Shown here piece by piece: positions 19,265 to 29,097 of a stretch of DNA of 64,000 bases. A model generated the notes under the pieces. The model was not told where the DNA came from and did not search any database. It saw nothing but the letters and a program-made list of their open reading frames with translations. This DNA comes from Oligoflexales bacterium (lineage in GTDB: Bacteria > Bdellovibrionota_B > Oligoflexia > Oligoflexales > Bog-1112), in NCBI GenBank assembly GCA_045106415.1, contig JBGCEP010000018.1, positions 34,047-98,046 on the forward strand. The letters run 5' to 3'. The translations under genes and the position numbers were made by a program. Within the stretch, counting starts at the first letter, position 1. Each line of letters begins with the position of its first letter.

Positions 19265-19532
19265 GTTCACCTCAATATTATCTAGATAGACACTATATAC
19301 ACGACAGGCACTCAAACGTCACGATTTGGCATAAAACAAAACAGGCGTTATACAGACAAAATTAAAATAAAATGAGAATAAAAATTTAATGAACAATTCA
19401 TGGCTCCACCACATAAATCATGTATGTCATTGGCATTAAAATTTTACTCATTATTATCAAGAGTTAAGATTTTCAAACTGTGTTTGCTTACGTATTTTTT
19501 GGTTCATACGGCATACGCACAACAGCATCATT

Positions 19533-20156
19533 TTATGACTGCTTTAAAGCTAGAATCGCCTTAGCACGATTTTCTGCGCGATAGACCCAAGAGCCCGCAA
19601 CAACACCGCTTGCTCCATCTTCTTTCACTAAAGATGCTGTATCTGGTTTAATACCACCATCAACAACAACAAACACCTCACGGGAAAGCACCCTGATTTT
19701 TTCTCGCACTTCAGATAAAAAATCCTGCCCTGCATACCCCGGCTCAACACTCATAACCAAAACATGGTCAACCTCTTTAAGGTATGGTTTGACCATGCAT
19801 ATGGGTGTTTTTGGGTTAAGAGCAAGACCCACCCCAGCTCCCGCGCTTCGAATCTTTTGAATGACTTGAGCTGGATGTTGAGCAGCCTCAATATGAAAAG
19901 TCACTCGCGACGCTCCAGCTTGAACATATTGTTCAGCGACTTCGAGTGGGTTTTTCACCATAATATGGACATCTAGAGGGCGTCTTGCATAAGACTTTAA
20001 AGATTGAATAATCGGCAAGCCAAATGTCAGAGGCGGGACAAAATGGCCATCCATGACATCCACGTGATGCCAGTCTGCTCCTGCTGCTTCCACATCTTCA
20101 ATCTCTTGACGAAGACATGCAAAATCAGCAGAAAGAATAGATGCCGCAACGATCAA
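19533..20156 (-). CDS. rpe: ribulose-phosphate 3-epimerase
   Basis: SILSADF, HVDVMDGHFVP, MSVEPGYAGQ and VDGGI motifs. The TTG start overlaps the def stop (TTGA). Confidence 0.93.
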   Translation of the reverse strand: MIVAASILSADFACLRQEIEDVEAAGADWHHVDVMDGHFVPPLTFGLPIIQSLKSYARRPLDVHIMVKNPLEVAEQYVQAGASRVTFHIEAAQHPAQVIQKIRSAGAGVGLALNPKTPICMVKPYLKEVDHVLVMSVEPGYAGQDFLSEVREKIRVLSREVFVVVDGGIKPDTASLVKEDGASGVVAGSWVYRAENRAKAILALKQS

Positions 20157-20701
20157 GATTTCTCCTCAAACCTAGCGCGTTTTAATAATCGTTTTTTCAC
20201 CATACTGGCTTTCAGGCGACTCATTCTTTGAGTGAATACGATCCCATCTAAATGATCTATTTCATGCTGCAGACAAATCGAAAACAAGCCATCAGCAGTC
20301 ACTTCAAAAGATTCTCCTAGTGCATTTTTCGCGGTTACAACAATTTCTGCATAGCGCTCAATATTTTCATATACCTCGGGAAAGCTCAGGCACCCTTCCG
20401 TATATTGAATTTTACCTTTGCGGCTTATAATAACAGGGTTCACGAATACAAATTCTTTATCATGCCACCATGCTGTTTCTTCTGCTTCTTCTTCGTCATC
20501 TTCTGGAGCAGGAATTTCAATTGTGAGAACTCTTTTTAGAACACCCACTTGATTCGCTGCTAACCCGATACCGTGAGCTGCTTTCATTGTCTCTTGCATA
20601 TCTTTCACAAAGCCCTGAAAATCTTCATCAAAAACAAGCACTTCTTCTGCTTTTGTTTCTAGGACTTGTTCTGGCCATTTTACAACTTTTAAGATCGACA
20701 C
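20153..20701 (-). CDS. def: peptide deformylase
   Basis: GIGLAANQVG, EGCLSFP and HEIDHLDG motifs. GTG 20701 is preceded by GGAGG at 9 nt. The product contains an acidic insertion (EDDEEEAEE). Confidence 0.93.
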   Translation of the reverse strand: MSILKVVKWPEQVLETKAEEVLVFDEDFQGFVKDMQETMKAAHGIGLAANQVGVLKRVLTIEIPAPEDDEEEAEETAWWHDKEFVFVNPVIISRKGKIQYTEGCLSFPEVYENIERYAEIVVTAKNALGESFEVTADGLFSICLQHEIDHLDGIVFTQRMSRLKASMVKKRLLKRARFEEKS

Positions 20702-20766
20702 CGTTTTATTCCTCCAAAGACCTTGCCACGCGGAGCCTACCACAACGGTGAAGACTTTTAAAAGAC

Positions 20767-21021
20767 TCAGTATTCGACTTTTTGCGCACGATATTTCTCG
20801 AAAGAGATCTGTGTTTGTGACTCAAGCGCTTCTTTGCCTCCCCACTCTTCCCACACATCCGTCAAAGATTCCTCTAAAATGCTAACAACTTCATCTGTAA
20901 GAAAACGATCTCGCAAATGATCATAGACAGCATAACCATCTACTTTAATAGAAAAAACAACGGCCCAGAAACACCCCTGAGCTGCTGTTCGTATTATCCA
21001 AGAAATCGCTGAAGAAACCAT
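20767..21021 (-). CDS. small hypothetical membrane protein
   Basis: 84 aa with one hydrophobic helix and an acidic tail. It sits between lon and def on the same strand. No motif recognised. Confidence 0.45.
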   Translation of the reverse strand: MVSSAISWIIRTAAQGCFWAVVFSIKVDGYAVYDHLRDRFLTDEVVSILEESLTDVWEEWGGKEALESQTQISFEKYRAQKVEY

Positions 21022-21084
21022 ATCTACACCTTTACAATCAACTCGATCATATACTCAGTGTAGCTTGGGCTACAGGTAAACACA

Positions 21085-23505
21085 TCAGCTTGCAAGGCCA
21101 ACAGGATGATTTGTCACAGGAGTTGTATGAACACGCACCTCCGAAAACAAGAATTCAAAAGCCTCTTGGTATTCACTCACAAAGATAACCTCTAGATTTT
21201 TCCTCATTTTTTGTGGAAGAGAAAGATAAAGAGAACGGTTTCGGCTTGGTAATAAAACATGCTTCATCCCTTCCCTTTGAGCAGCCAACAGCTTTTCTTT
21301 CAAACCACCAATCGGCAAAACTTTACCATGAGAAGTGATCTCTCCGGTCATACATGTCGCCGACTTTGGGGAAACTCCTAACAATCCCGAGAGAATAGAC
21401 GTAGCCATCGCCACACCTGCGCTCGGCCCATCCTTAGGCACAGCTCCCGCTGGAACATGGACATGAATATCCTGTTTTTCAAGAGCATCCAGTGACACAT
21501 GAAAATCTTCATAACGTGACCGAATATAGCTCAACGCTGCATGAGCTGATTCTTTCATCACATCACCCAACTGACCAGTTAAAACAAGCTGTCCTTTACC
21601 AGGATAAAGATTGGTCTCAATAGCAAGAATCTCACCACCATACTGAGTGTAAGCCATACCTAATGAAACACCCGGTGTTGACTCTGTATGGAAGAAATCT
21701 TCTCCGTAAGGAGCAGCTCCTAAAAGCTTTTCAATAATGGTAGGAGTCACGCGGAAATTTTGATTTTTATCTTCTTCAGCAACCTGACGGGCAAGCTTAC
21801 GACACATCATGGCTACTTGCTTTTCAAGCCCACGCAGGCCACTTTCTCGGGTGTAACCTCGGATGAGCGCTTTTAGAGCGGGTGAAGAGACTTTCACTCG
21901 TTCTGTTGTCAGACCTGTTTCCACAATCTGCTTTGGAAGCAAAAATCGCTTTGCAATATCCGCTTTTTCATCTTCGGAATAACCTGACACATCGATAATT
22001 TCAAGGCGGTCTCTCAGCGCGTGTGGAATCGATTCGAGATGATTCGCATTTGCAATGAACATAACTTCACTGAGATCAAATGAAACACCAAGGTAGTGAT
22101 CCACAAATTTATGATTTTGCTCTGGATCCAGAACTTCTAGCAACGCTGATGAAGGATCTCCTCGGTGATCTGAGCCTAACTTATCAATCTCATCAAGCAT
22201 AATCACTGGGTTCATAGCACCTGTTGCTTTGAGAGCACTAATAATACGCCCAGGAAACGCACCAACATATGTCTTTCTATGACCTCGAATATCAGCTTCA
22301 TCACGCACCCCTCCAAGGGAAATCCTTGAAAAAGGGCGGCCCATACACTCAGCAACAGAACGTCCTAAACTTGTTTTACCGACACCGGGAGGGCCTACAA
22401 AACATAAAATAGGACTTTTGGCACTTGAGTTTAATTTCTTTACAGCAAGATATTCAAGTACACGATCTTTAACCTGCGTCAGACCATAGTGATCTTTATC
22501 AAGAGTCTCTTGAGCTCTTTTCATATCAAGATTATCTTCTGTTCGAATATCCCAAGGCAAAGACAACAAGGTTTCAATATGAGTCCGTGTAAGAGCTGCT
22601 TCACTTGTATCTTGATGCATACGCTCGAGTCGCTTCATTTGACGAATAAGCTCTTCACGAGCCTCCTCTGACACTTCGACCTCATCAAGCTGTTTCCATA
22701 GCGCCTCAGCTTCATCTCTCATGTCAGCATCACCAAGCTCAGAACGAAGAGCTCGAATTTGCTCTCTCAGATAATGCTCGCGCTGCACTTTCCCGATTTC
22801 TTCTTTTGCTTGCGATTGAATCCGAACCTGCATTTGAAAAACTTCGATCTCACGGCATAAGTAAGCATGAACCCTAGACAGTCTTTCCACAGGATCGCCA
22901 ACCACAAGAATTCTTTGGCCTTCCACAACCTTCAAACCCAAATTAGCAGCAACCAAATCTGCAAGACGACCTGGCTCTTTAACATCTTCTAAGATCATCA
23001 AAATATCAGGCGATAAAACTTTACCTAAACTGACAACCTTTTCAAGATTTTCTCGTACAGCACGAATCATCGCTTCAACTTCAGGTTGAGTATGCGCAAG
23101 GTCGGGTTCCGGCAAAGCTTGAATACTGACTAATGGGAATGTTTCTGTCGATACAAGCTGAGAAATAGTTGCTTTCTCTACACCCTGCACCAACACCTTC
23201 ATCCGGCCATCTGGAAGTCGTCTTGTTCTCATGATGGAACACACTGTTCCAACATCATAAACATCAAAAGGTGCTGCTAAAGTGCACACAAGACTTTCAT
23301 CTTGTAGGTGAGGCTCTGTTGCCTGAAAAGCAGAAAGAAAAATCTTTCGTTCACCTTCAAGTGCTTTTTCCACAGCTTGAATACAAAGATCTTCACTGAT
23401 GAAAACGGGCACAATCATGTGCGGGAAGACAATAATATCTTTTAGGGGCAAAAGCGGCAATTCGCTCTCAACACATCCTGGGCGTCCATCTGCTGCGGTC
23501 GTCAT
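21085..23505 (-). CDS. lon: ATP-dependent protease Lon
   Basis: LON N-domain, Walker A GPPGVGKTS, catalytic PKDGPSAGVAM and GGLKEK. ATG 23505 is preceded by GAGGAGG. Confidence 0.97.
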   Translation of the reverse strand: MTTAADGRPGCVESELPLLPLKDIIVFPHMIVPVFISEDLCIQAVEKALEGERKIFLSAFQATEPHLQDESLVCTLAAPFDVYDVGTVCSIMRTRRLPDGRMKVLVQGVEKATISQLVSTETFPLVSIQALPEPDLAHTQPEVEAMIRAVRENLEKVVSLGKVLSPDILMILEDVKEPGRLADLVAANLGLKVVEGQRILVVGDPVERLSRVHAYLCREIEVFQMQVRIQSQAKEEIGKVQREHYLREQIRALRSELGDADMRDEAEALWKQLDEVEVSEEAREELIRQMKRLERMHQDTSEAALTRTHIETLLSLPWDIRTEDNLDMKRAQETLDKDHYGLTQVKDRVLEYLAVKKLNSSAKSPILCFVGPPGVGKTSLGRSVAECMGRPFSRISLGGVRDEADIRGHRKTYVGAFPGRIISALKATGAMNPVIMLDEIDKLGSDHRGDPSSALLEVLDPEQNHKFVDHYLGVSFDLSEVMFIANANHLESIPHALRDRLEIIDVSGYSEDEKADIAKRFLLPKQIVETGLTTERVKVSSPALKALIRGYTRESGLRGLEKQVAMMCRKLARQVAEEDKNQNFRVTPTIIEKLLGAAPYGEDFFHTESTPGVSLGMAYTQYGGEILAIETNLYPGKGQLVLTGQLGDVMKESAHAALSYIRSRYEDFHVSLDALEKQDIHVHVPAGAVPKDGPSAGVAMATSILSGLLGVSPKSATCMTGEITSHGKVLPIGGLKEKLLAAQREGMKHVLLPSRNRSLYLSLPQKMRKNLEVIFVSEYQEAFEFLFSEVRVHTTPVTNHPVGLAS

Positions 23506-23675
23506 CAGCCTCCTCACTGACCCTAAGGTCACGACATAGCGTTGTTTATCTAAAGACTCTTGTCGGCATTCCACACAACATCTTAATGAAAGAAGTGCCT
23601 AGAAATTCTCCAAAAGTTAAGAAAACCCTCGTGCCCAGAGACCAAGTCAAAGGAGTATTCGACCACAGCGATATA

Positions 23676-24269
23676 CTATTCTGACTTAGGAACCACAACT
23701 CGGACCATTGACGCTCTTAATAAGCGATCGTGCAATTGATAACCTCTAGCAAATTCCATTTGTACCAGCTCTTCTGTCACGTCATCACTCTCTTCTCGAG
23801 CAATCGCTTGGTGCAGCTCTGGATCAAAAGCTTTGCCTTCTGCTTCAATCGCTTGAAGTCCATGTTTCTCAAAAACGTCCCACATTTGTTTTTGGACAAG
23901 CTTCATACCTTCCACGATTTCTTCTGCTGAAGCAGAACTCAGTCCTGCTTGCTGAAGACTATCCATGACCGGAAGAAGGTCTTTAAAAAAACCTTCTTGT
24001 CCGTAACGCGCAAGATCCTCTTTTTCTTTAAGAGTTCTTTTGCGAAGGTTGTCCATTTCAGCTCTCACACGAAGATAATCGTTGTGATACTTCTTCGATT
24101 CGGCTTTGTTATCTTCGAGTTCTTTTTCCAAACTCGTCAATCTTTCCTCTGTCTGGTCTGTCACAGAAGGCTCCTGGGACAAAGTCGAATCACATGGTTC
24201 AGAACCTGTGGTCGCCGCTGTTGAAATATTCTCTGGCTCATGGGCAGCAGATTGATCTTGTTCCAGCAC
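23676..24269 (-). CDS. grpE: nucleotide exchange factor GrpE
   Basis: Coiled-coil N-half (YLRVRAEMDNLRKR) and a beta C-terminal domain (GYQLHDRLLRASMV). The GTG start has a GAGGAG SD. Confidence 0.93.
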   Translation of the reverse strand: MLEQDQSAAHEPENISTAATTGSEPCDSTLSQEPSVTDQTEERLTSLEKELEDNKAESKKYHNDYLRVRAEMDNLRKRTLKEKEDLARYGQEGFFKDLLPVMDSLQQAGLSSASAEEIVEGMKLVQKQMWDVFEKHGLQAIEAEGKAFDPELHQAIAREESDDVTEELVQMEFARGYQLHDRLLRASMVRVVVPKSE

Positions 24270-24742
24270 AACATTCTCCTCAAAAACACACTACACTAGA
24301 ACATCTTCGTAGCGGATGTGAGAGCGAATGGCAAGCCTAGATATCATCAATTCCTACCCTCTATTATGATATCGCCTCCCGACGGCCTCATACTCGGCAA
24401 GATTGACGTAGCTTTTAACCACCTAAAATACATATTAAAAATATTAAACTTGCACTTTCTTTCCTTTTAGAGAAAACCGTCTACACCTTGCTAAAATAGT
24501 CATTTTTTTAAGAGAGCGACCCATAATTATTGACTTAAGTTTTCAAACTTTATAGATTCAACCGCGCGTTTATACGTCACTCAATTCACGGGCCCTAGTA
24601 CGCTTCTGTCTCAGCAATTTTAAACGAATTTAACGCGCTGTAACCAAAATCAAAAAACATAAACAGCTACTGCGATGAATAAAACTTTGTGCTAATTTGG
24701 CTGTGTTTTTGAAAGAAATTGATCAAAAGGCTGGAGAAAAAC

Positions 24743-25030
24743 ATGCACCATGACGAACGAGAACACGTACAAGCTCAAAAATCGGCTCACTCCGAGCTTG
24801 ACCACCTCTCCTTAGAGGATGTTGTCGGCCTCAAGGTTCAACGCTTTCTAGATCAAATTGGTGAGTTTTACCCTGAAAACCTCCACACTGAGTTCATGCG
24901 CCAAGCAGAACGACCCTTAATTGATCAAGTTCTCACACGAACGGGTGGAAACCAGGTCCAAGCCGCAAAAATTCTAGGGATCAATCGCAACACTCTGCGA
25001 AAAAAAATGCAATTTCATAAACTGTCATAA
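24743..25030 (+). CDS. Fis-family helix-turn-helix DNA-binding protein
   Basis: C-terminal GGNQVQAAKILGINRNTLRKKM HTH_8 signature in a ~95-aa product. GGAG SD precedes ATG 24743. Confidence 0.8.
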   Translation: MHHDEREHVQAQKSAHSELDHLSLEDVVGLKVQRFLDQIGEFYPENLHTEFMRQAERPLIDQVLTRTGGNQVQAAKILGINRNTLRKKMQFHKLS

Positions 25031-25055
25031 AGCCAATAAATCCTTACTACCTAAA

Positions 25056-25084
25056 CATGAAGATTGACTCAAACAATCTTCATG
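25056..25084 (+). terminator. candidate terminator hairpin after the fis-like gene
   Basis: Perfect 11-bp stem catgaagattg / caatcttcatg with a 7-nt loop, 26 nt after the stop. The downstream U-tract is weak (gcggataaaattattt). Confidence 0.4.
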
Positions 25085-25131
25085 GCGGATAAAATTATTT
25101 GAACAAAGATTAAAAAAGACTTATAAGGCTT

Positions 25132-25914
25132 ATGAATTCACTATCGTTAGGGATGCTCATGACCCACGTTTTCTTATTGCTCATCACAATTTTATCTACA
25201 CACGCTTCTGCAGCACCCATGGCGGAAAGTTTTCCTGTCGATGGCCCTAACTGCTACAACACAGCGTTGAGGCTTCACGGCTTGATTGAAGAAGATCGTT
25301 ATGTCGGCTATTCCGAGTGCAAAGCATTTTTAAACAAGTTTTTCACTGAGCAATCAGCAGCACAGGAATCTCAGGATTTGGACATTATTGCATATGGGGA
25401 CCTAGCACACGTCATTGTACAAACAAGTCAAAATAATTTTTTTCATAAACTTGGCGTTGCAAAAGAATATAAGCGAGAAGCTCTAGAAAAAGACAAAATG
25501 AATCAGCTCCTTATTAAGTCAAAAATCTCTTTATGGCCTAAAAAAATATACCGTTACAATGGAAATCAAGAGCACCTTTATTCAAACCAAGAAAAAAAAT
25601 GGCTTAAAGCTTTTGCATCTTTATTCATCACACCAAAATTTTTCAACCAAGCTCACCTCGCCATCCGCACACGAGAAATACTCGATTCTTTAAAGAAGAA
25701 GTCGAAATCACAGTTTTTTCATCATGCATTAGACAGTTTTTATGAACTCACAACTCGCATGATAGAAAACGCTGAACACAAGAAATATGCAAACCCGTTT
25801 CTATGCACAACCCTTAAACCTCTATCAGAAGATCAAAAACAAAGTTTAAATCACCAAATCGATGCGATTTCACTTCATCCGACAGCAGAAGCTTTATTTG
25901 ATATTTTAAAATAA
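25132..25914 (+). CDS. secreted hypothetical protein
   Basis: 260 aa with a signal peptide (LLLITILSTHASA|AP). It contains a GPNCYNTAL segment followed by LAHVIV. No family recognised. Confidence 0.65.
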   Translation: MNSLSLGMLMTHVFLLLITILSTHASAAPMAESFPVDGPNCYNTALRLHGLIEEDRYVGYSECKAFLNKFFTEQSAAQESQDLDIIAYGDLAHVIVQTSQNNFFHKLGVAKEYKREALEKDKMNQLLIKSKISLWPKKIYRYNGNQEHLYSNQEKKWLKAFASLFITPKFFNQAHLAIRTREILDSLKKKSKSQFFHHALDSFYELTTRMIENAEHKKYANPFLCTTLKPLSEDQKQSLNHQIDAISLHPTAEALFDILK

Positions 25915-25939
25915 AAAATAGAAAGACTGGGTAAAAAAA

Positions 25940-27301
25940 TCACAAACTCGACACATCGTCTTTGATGAGATTATGGAATGATACAAAATTTGGCAACCAA
26001 GCTAAAGTCACTGTTCCTGTTTCACCGTGACGGTTTTTCGCAAGAATAACTTCTGACTGACCAGCTAGTTCTGAGTCTGTATTATAGTATTCATCTCGAT
26101 ACACAAATAAAATTAAATCAGCATCTTGCTCCATAGAGCCTGATTCTCTCAAATCAGAAATTCTCGGGCGTTTATCAGGACGAGCATCAGGACCTCTATT
26201 CAACTGTGCCAAAGCAATAACAGGAACGTTAAGTTCTTTAGCCATTGCTTTCAAGTTTGTAGAAATTTCACTAATCTCTCTTTCTCGACCTTGTTTTCGC
26301 GCTGTATCACTTGCTGTCATGAGCTGAAGATAGTCAATCACCACCATGGATAAGCCGTGCTCTTTTTTATAACGGCGACACCGTGACCGTACTTCACTCA
26401 CAGAGATTGCCGGAGTTTCATCAATCATCAAACGGTAGCCTAAATCATGCATGCGCCGAGCCGCCGCTGCTAAATCATCTTGCTCTTCAACCCCAAGATC
26501 ACCTCGCCTTAACTTTGTAGAATCAATCCGTCCTTCTGCCGACAAAACCCTCTGCATAAGCTGCTCTCGAGACATCTCCAGAGTAAAGATTGCAACATGA
26601 GATTCTTTTTTCGACTTCAAAGCATTCATAGCCCAGTTCAAGGCCAGCGCTGTTTTACCCATACCTGGGCGAGCCGCTAAAATAATTAAATCAGATCCTT
26701 GCCACCCACTCGTTGTGTGATCAAGGTCTGTAAAACCAGTAGAGACACCAGTAACACCACCACCACCTTCAATGCGGCGCTCAAGATCTGCGATCGTTGC
26801 TTCCAACACCTCGGGTGCAGAAGTAAGACCAATAGAAAGGTCTCTTTCGCGACTGATGTCGAGAAACTCTTGCTCAACATTCGCCATAAATTGCTGAACA
26901 TCACCATCTACATCTGCAGCTTGTTGCGCCGTTTCCTGACACCTTAAAATCACTCGGCGAGCAAAATATTTCTCTCTAATAAGTTTACCGAAATGCTCAA
27001 CGTTTTGCGTCAGCGGTGCTTTTTCCGATAGCTCAAGTAGAAAAGTATACGTGACATCTTTTCGAAGCTTTTGTGAAATTGTAATGGGATCAACGGGCTC
27101 ATTATGAAGATCAAGCTCTAAAAATGCCTGAAAAATCTTCCTATGAACATCTGAGAAGAAGTGCTCTGGACGAAGCCGAGTTCGACTTGTAAGAATATCT
27201 AGCTGATTCGGGCTGCGAAGAACAGCGCCTAGGACAGCACATTCTGCCTCAAGTGCATGAGGAAGCTGTAAAGAACTTGCTGACACAGGCGCTACTTTCA
27301 C
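25940..27301 (-). CDS. dnaB: replicative DNA helicase DnaB
   Basis: LPHALEAECAVLGAVL N-terminus, Walker A ARPGMGKTALAL, VIDYLQLM and RESGSMEQDADL. GTG start. Confidence 0.97.
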   Translation of the reverse strand: MKVAPVSASSLQLPHALEAECAVLGAVLRSPNQLDILTSRTRLRPEHFFSDVHRKIFQAFLELDLHNEPVDPITISQKLRKDVTYTFLLELSEKAPLTQNVEHFGKLIREKYFARRVILRCQETAQQAADVDGDVQQFMANVEQEFLDISRERDLSIGLTSAPEVLEATIADLERRIEGGGGVTGVSTGFTDLDHTTSGWQGSDLIILAARPGMGKTALALNWAMNALKSKKESHVAIFTLEMSREQLMQRVLSAEGRIDSTKLRRGDLGVEEQDDLAAAARRMHDLGYRLMIDETPAISVSEVRSRCRRYKKEHGLSMVVIDYLQLMTASDTARKQGREREISEISTNLKAMAKELNVPVIALAQLNRGPDARPDKRPRISDLRESGSMEQDADLILFVYRDEYYNTDSELAGQSEVILAKNRHGETGTVTLAWLPNFVSFHNLIKDDVSSL

Positions 27302-27311
27302 TCACTATCAA

Positions 27312-27761
27312 TCAACCAGCGACAACCCAAACCTTAATTTGAGCGTCGACATCACGATCAAGTTCGATCTTGACGTCATAAGAACCGATTGTCTTAATTT
27401 CAGGAACAACAATCTGACGTTTTGATAATTCATAACCTTCGGCTTGTAGCATTTGCTGAAGTTCAGCAGTTGTTACAGATCCGAAAATACGATCATCTTC
27501 ACCAACTTGTTTTGTGACATTCAAAGAAACAGATGCCAACTTTTTCGCTTGAGCACGATAAGTCTCAAGAAGAGTTTGGCGTTTCTTATCAAGAACACGA
27601 CGCTGGTGCTGAAGCTCACGCTCGTTGCTTAAGTTTGCAACAACAGCTTTTGCTCGTGGAATTAAAAAATTACGAGCATAGCCGCCACGAACAGTCACAA
27701 CTTCACCCATAGCACCTAAAGAAGGAACATCGGAAGTTAAAATCAAACGCATCTGACTCAT
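27312..27761 (-). CDS. rplI: 50S ribosomal protein L9
   Basis: MRLILTSDVPSLGAMGEVVTVRGGYARNFLIPRAKA N-domain, 149 aa. Confidence 0.95.
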   Translation of the reverse strand: MSQMRLILTSDVPSLGAMGEVVTVRGGYARNFLIPRAKAVVANLSNERELQHQRRVLDKKRQTLLETYRAQAKKLASVSLNVTKQVGEDDRIFGSVTTAELQQMLQAEGYELSKRQIVVPEIKTIGSYDVKIELDRDVDAQIKVWVVAG

Positions 27762-27777
27762 AACGAATCCCTTTCTA

Positions 27778-28242
27778 TTAAGCTTTCATAGCTGGTTTAC
27801 GACGTTCGCCACGATCACCACGATCACCACGATCACCACGATCACCACGATCACCACGATCACCACGATCACTTTTTTCACGAACGTCTTTGCTTGCTGC
27901 TGCTAGCGCTTCTTGCTTTGCAATTTCAGCTTTACGGACTTCAACATCAACGTTTTCACCAACACGTACAGACATGTAGCGCAAGATGTAATCGTCAATA
28001 CGCATAAGACGTTCAGCTTCTGCCAAATTTTCTGGCTTTGCTGTTAAATCATAATGTACGTAATGTCCACGGAATTGCTTTTCCATAGAAAAAGCAAGCT
28101 TCCTAGAACCCCAGTCACTTTTGCGAATCACTTCACCGCCATCGGCAGTAACAATGCTCTCGTAACGGGAAAACAGGGCCAAACGCTCTTCTTCTGGCAA
28201 CTGTGTACTACCAATAATCGTGAGTTCATACTCTCTTAACAT
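27778..28242 (-). CDS. rpsF: 30S ribosomal protein S6 with a repetitive (DRG)7 C-terminal tail
   Basis: MLREYELTIIGS...WGSRKLAFSM...GHYVHYDL bS6 core. ATG 28242 is preceded by GGGAGGGA. The tail is SDRGDRGDRGDRGDRGDRGDRGERRKPAMKA. Confidence 0.93.
   Translation of the reverse strand: MLREYELTIIGSTQLPEEERLALFSRYESIVTADGGEVIRKSDWGSRKLAFSMEKQFRGHYVHYDLTAKPENLAEAERLMRIDDYILRYMSVRVGENVDVEVRKAEIAKQEALAAASKDVREKSDRGDRGDRGDRGDRGDRGDRGERRKPAMKA
27802..27873. repeat. 9-bp tandem repeat (acgatcacc, six identical copies plus two degenerate flanking copies) inside the rpsF 3' end
   Basis: Identical units start at 27811, 27820, 27829, 27838, 27847 and 27856. Degenerate units lie at 27802 and 27865. The repeat is in frame and encodes Gly-Asp-Arg repeats. 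Confidence 0.95.
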
Positions 28243-28261
28243 GACTTCCCTCCCATCGGGA

Positions 28262-28798
28262 CTAACTTCTAGCTTCACGAAACATGGCTTCAAGACGCTG
28301 CTCACCCGAAGGTAGCATCAACTCTTCCAAGTCTCTTAATTCATCCGGGCTCATACGTCCCAAAACCCAAGACGACACATCACCCTGTGCGGGCCGCCCA
28401 ACACCTAATTTGATACGGCCAAAACCGTCGTTCCCCGTAAGCTGTAGGATACTGCGGACGCCATTATGGCCTCCGTGCCCTCCACCCTTACGAGCTTTGA
28501 CAACTCCTGCACTCAGATCAATGTCATCGTAAATTAAAACAACATCTTCGGCTTTTAACTTGTAAAAAGAAATAGCAGGAGCTACAGACTCACCACTTTT
28601 ATTCATCCAAGTTTGCGGCTTTAAAAATAAGCAGCTTTCACCATAAATCTGGCCGTTGCCAAATTCACCCTGAAATTTTTTGCCACCCCAAGTTCCACCA
28701 TGCTTCTCAACTAAAAGATCTAAAAACTTCCAACCAATATTATGGCGGGTGTCTTCATATTGAGAACCAGGATTTCCTAAAGCGACGAGTAATTTCAA
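28262..28798 (-). CDS. pth: peptidyl-tRNA hydrolase
   Basis: LLVALGNPG..Y..TRHNIGW and GGHGGHNGVRS motifs. TTG start. Confidence 0.95.
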   Translation of the reverse strand: MKLLVALGNPGSQYEDTRHNIGWKFLDLLVEKHGGTWGGKKFQGEFGNGQIYGESCLFLKPQTWMNKSGESVAPAISFYKLKAEDVVLIYDDIDLSAGVVKARKGGGHGGHNGVRSILQLTGNDGFGRIKLGVGRPAQGDVSSWVLGRMSPDELRDLEELMLPSGEQRLEAMFREARS

Positions 28799-28815
28799 GG
28801 CAACATTCCATGTTC

Positions 28816-29097
28816 TTAAACAAACATCAAATCAACATGTAAAGCACTTCGCTTTACAGCATTAATTTGCAGTTCATGGATTCGAACTTTTTTGACATCG
28901 CCACTCAAGTCAAGATTGAACTCTCGACTTTCGCTCTGCCACGCTTTTGACAACCACTTCGGGTCAAGTTCGATACAGGTATTGCCACTTTTGCTTTGAA
29001 TGATTCCAGGAATCCACCCTGTAGCACGAAGTCTACGAGCAGGACCTTTTCCATGTGTCTCGCGCAAACGGCCTTCAATTTTTACAAGATCAGACAT
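28816..29097 (-). CDS. rplY: 50S ribosomal protein L25 (short form)
   Basis: RETHGKGPARRLRATGWIPGII N-terminus in a ~93-aa product. GGAG SD precedes ATG 29097. It occupies the conserved prs-rplY-pth position. Confidence 0.88.
   Translation of the reverse strand: MSDLVKIEGRLRETHGKGPARRLRATGWIPGIIQSKSGNTCIELDPKWLSKAWQSESREFNLDLSGDVKKVRIHELQINAVKRSALHVDLMFV

Noticed and set aside
27802-27873. Short direct repeats considered as a possible CRISPR or regulatory array
   Set aside because: The units are 9 bp and contiguous with no spacers. They are in frame inside rpsF and encode Gly-Asp-Arg, so this is a coding microsatellite, not CRISPR.
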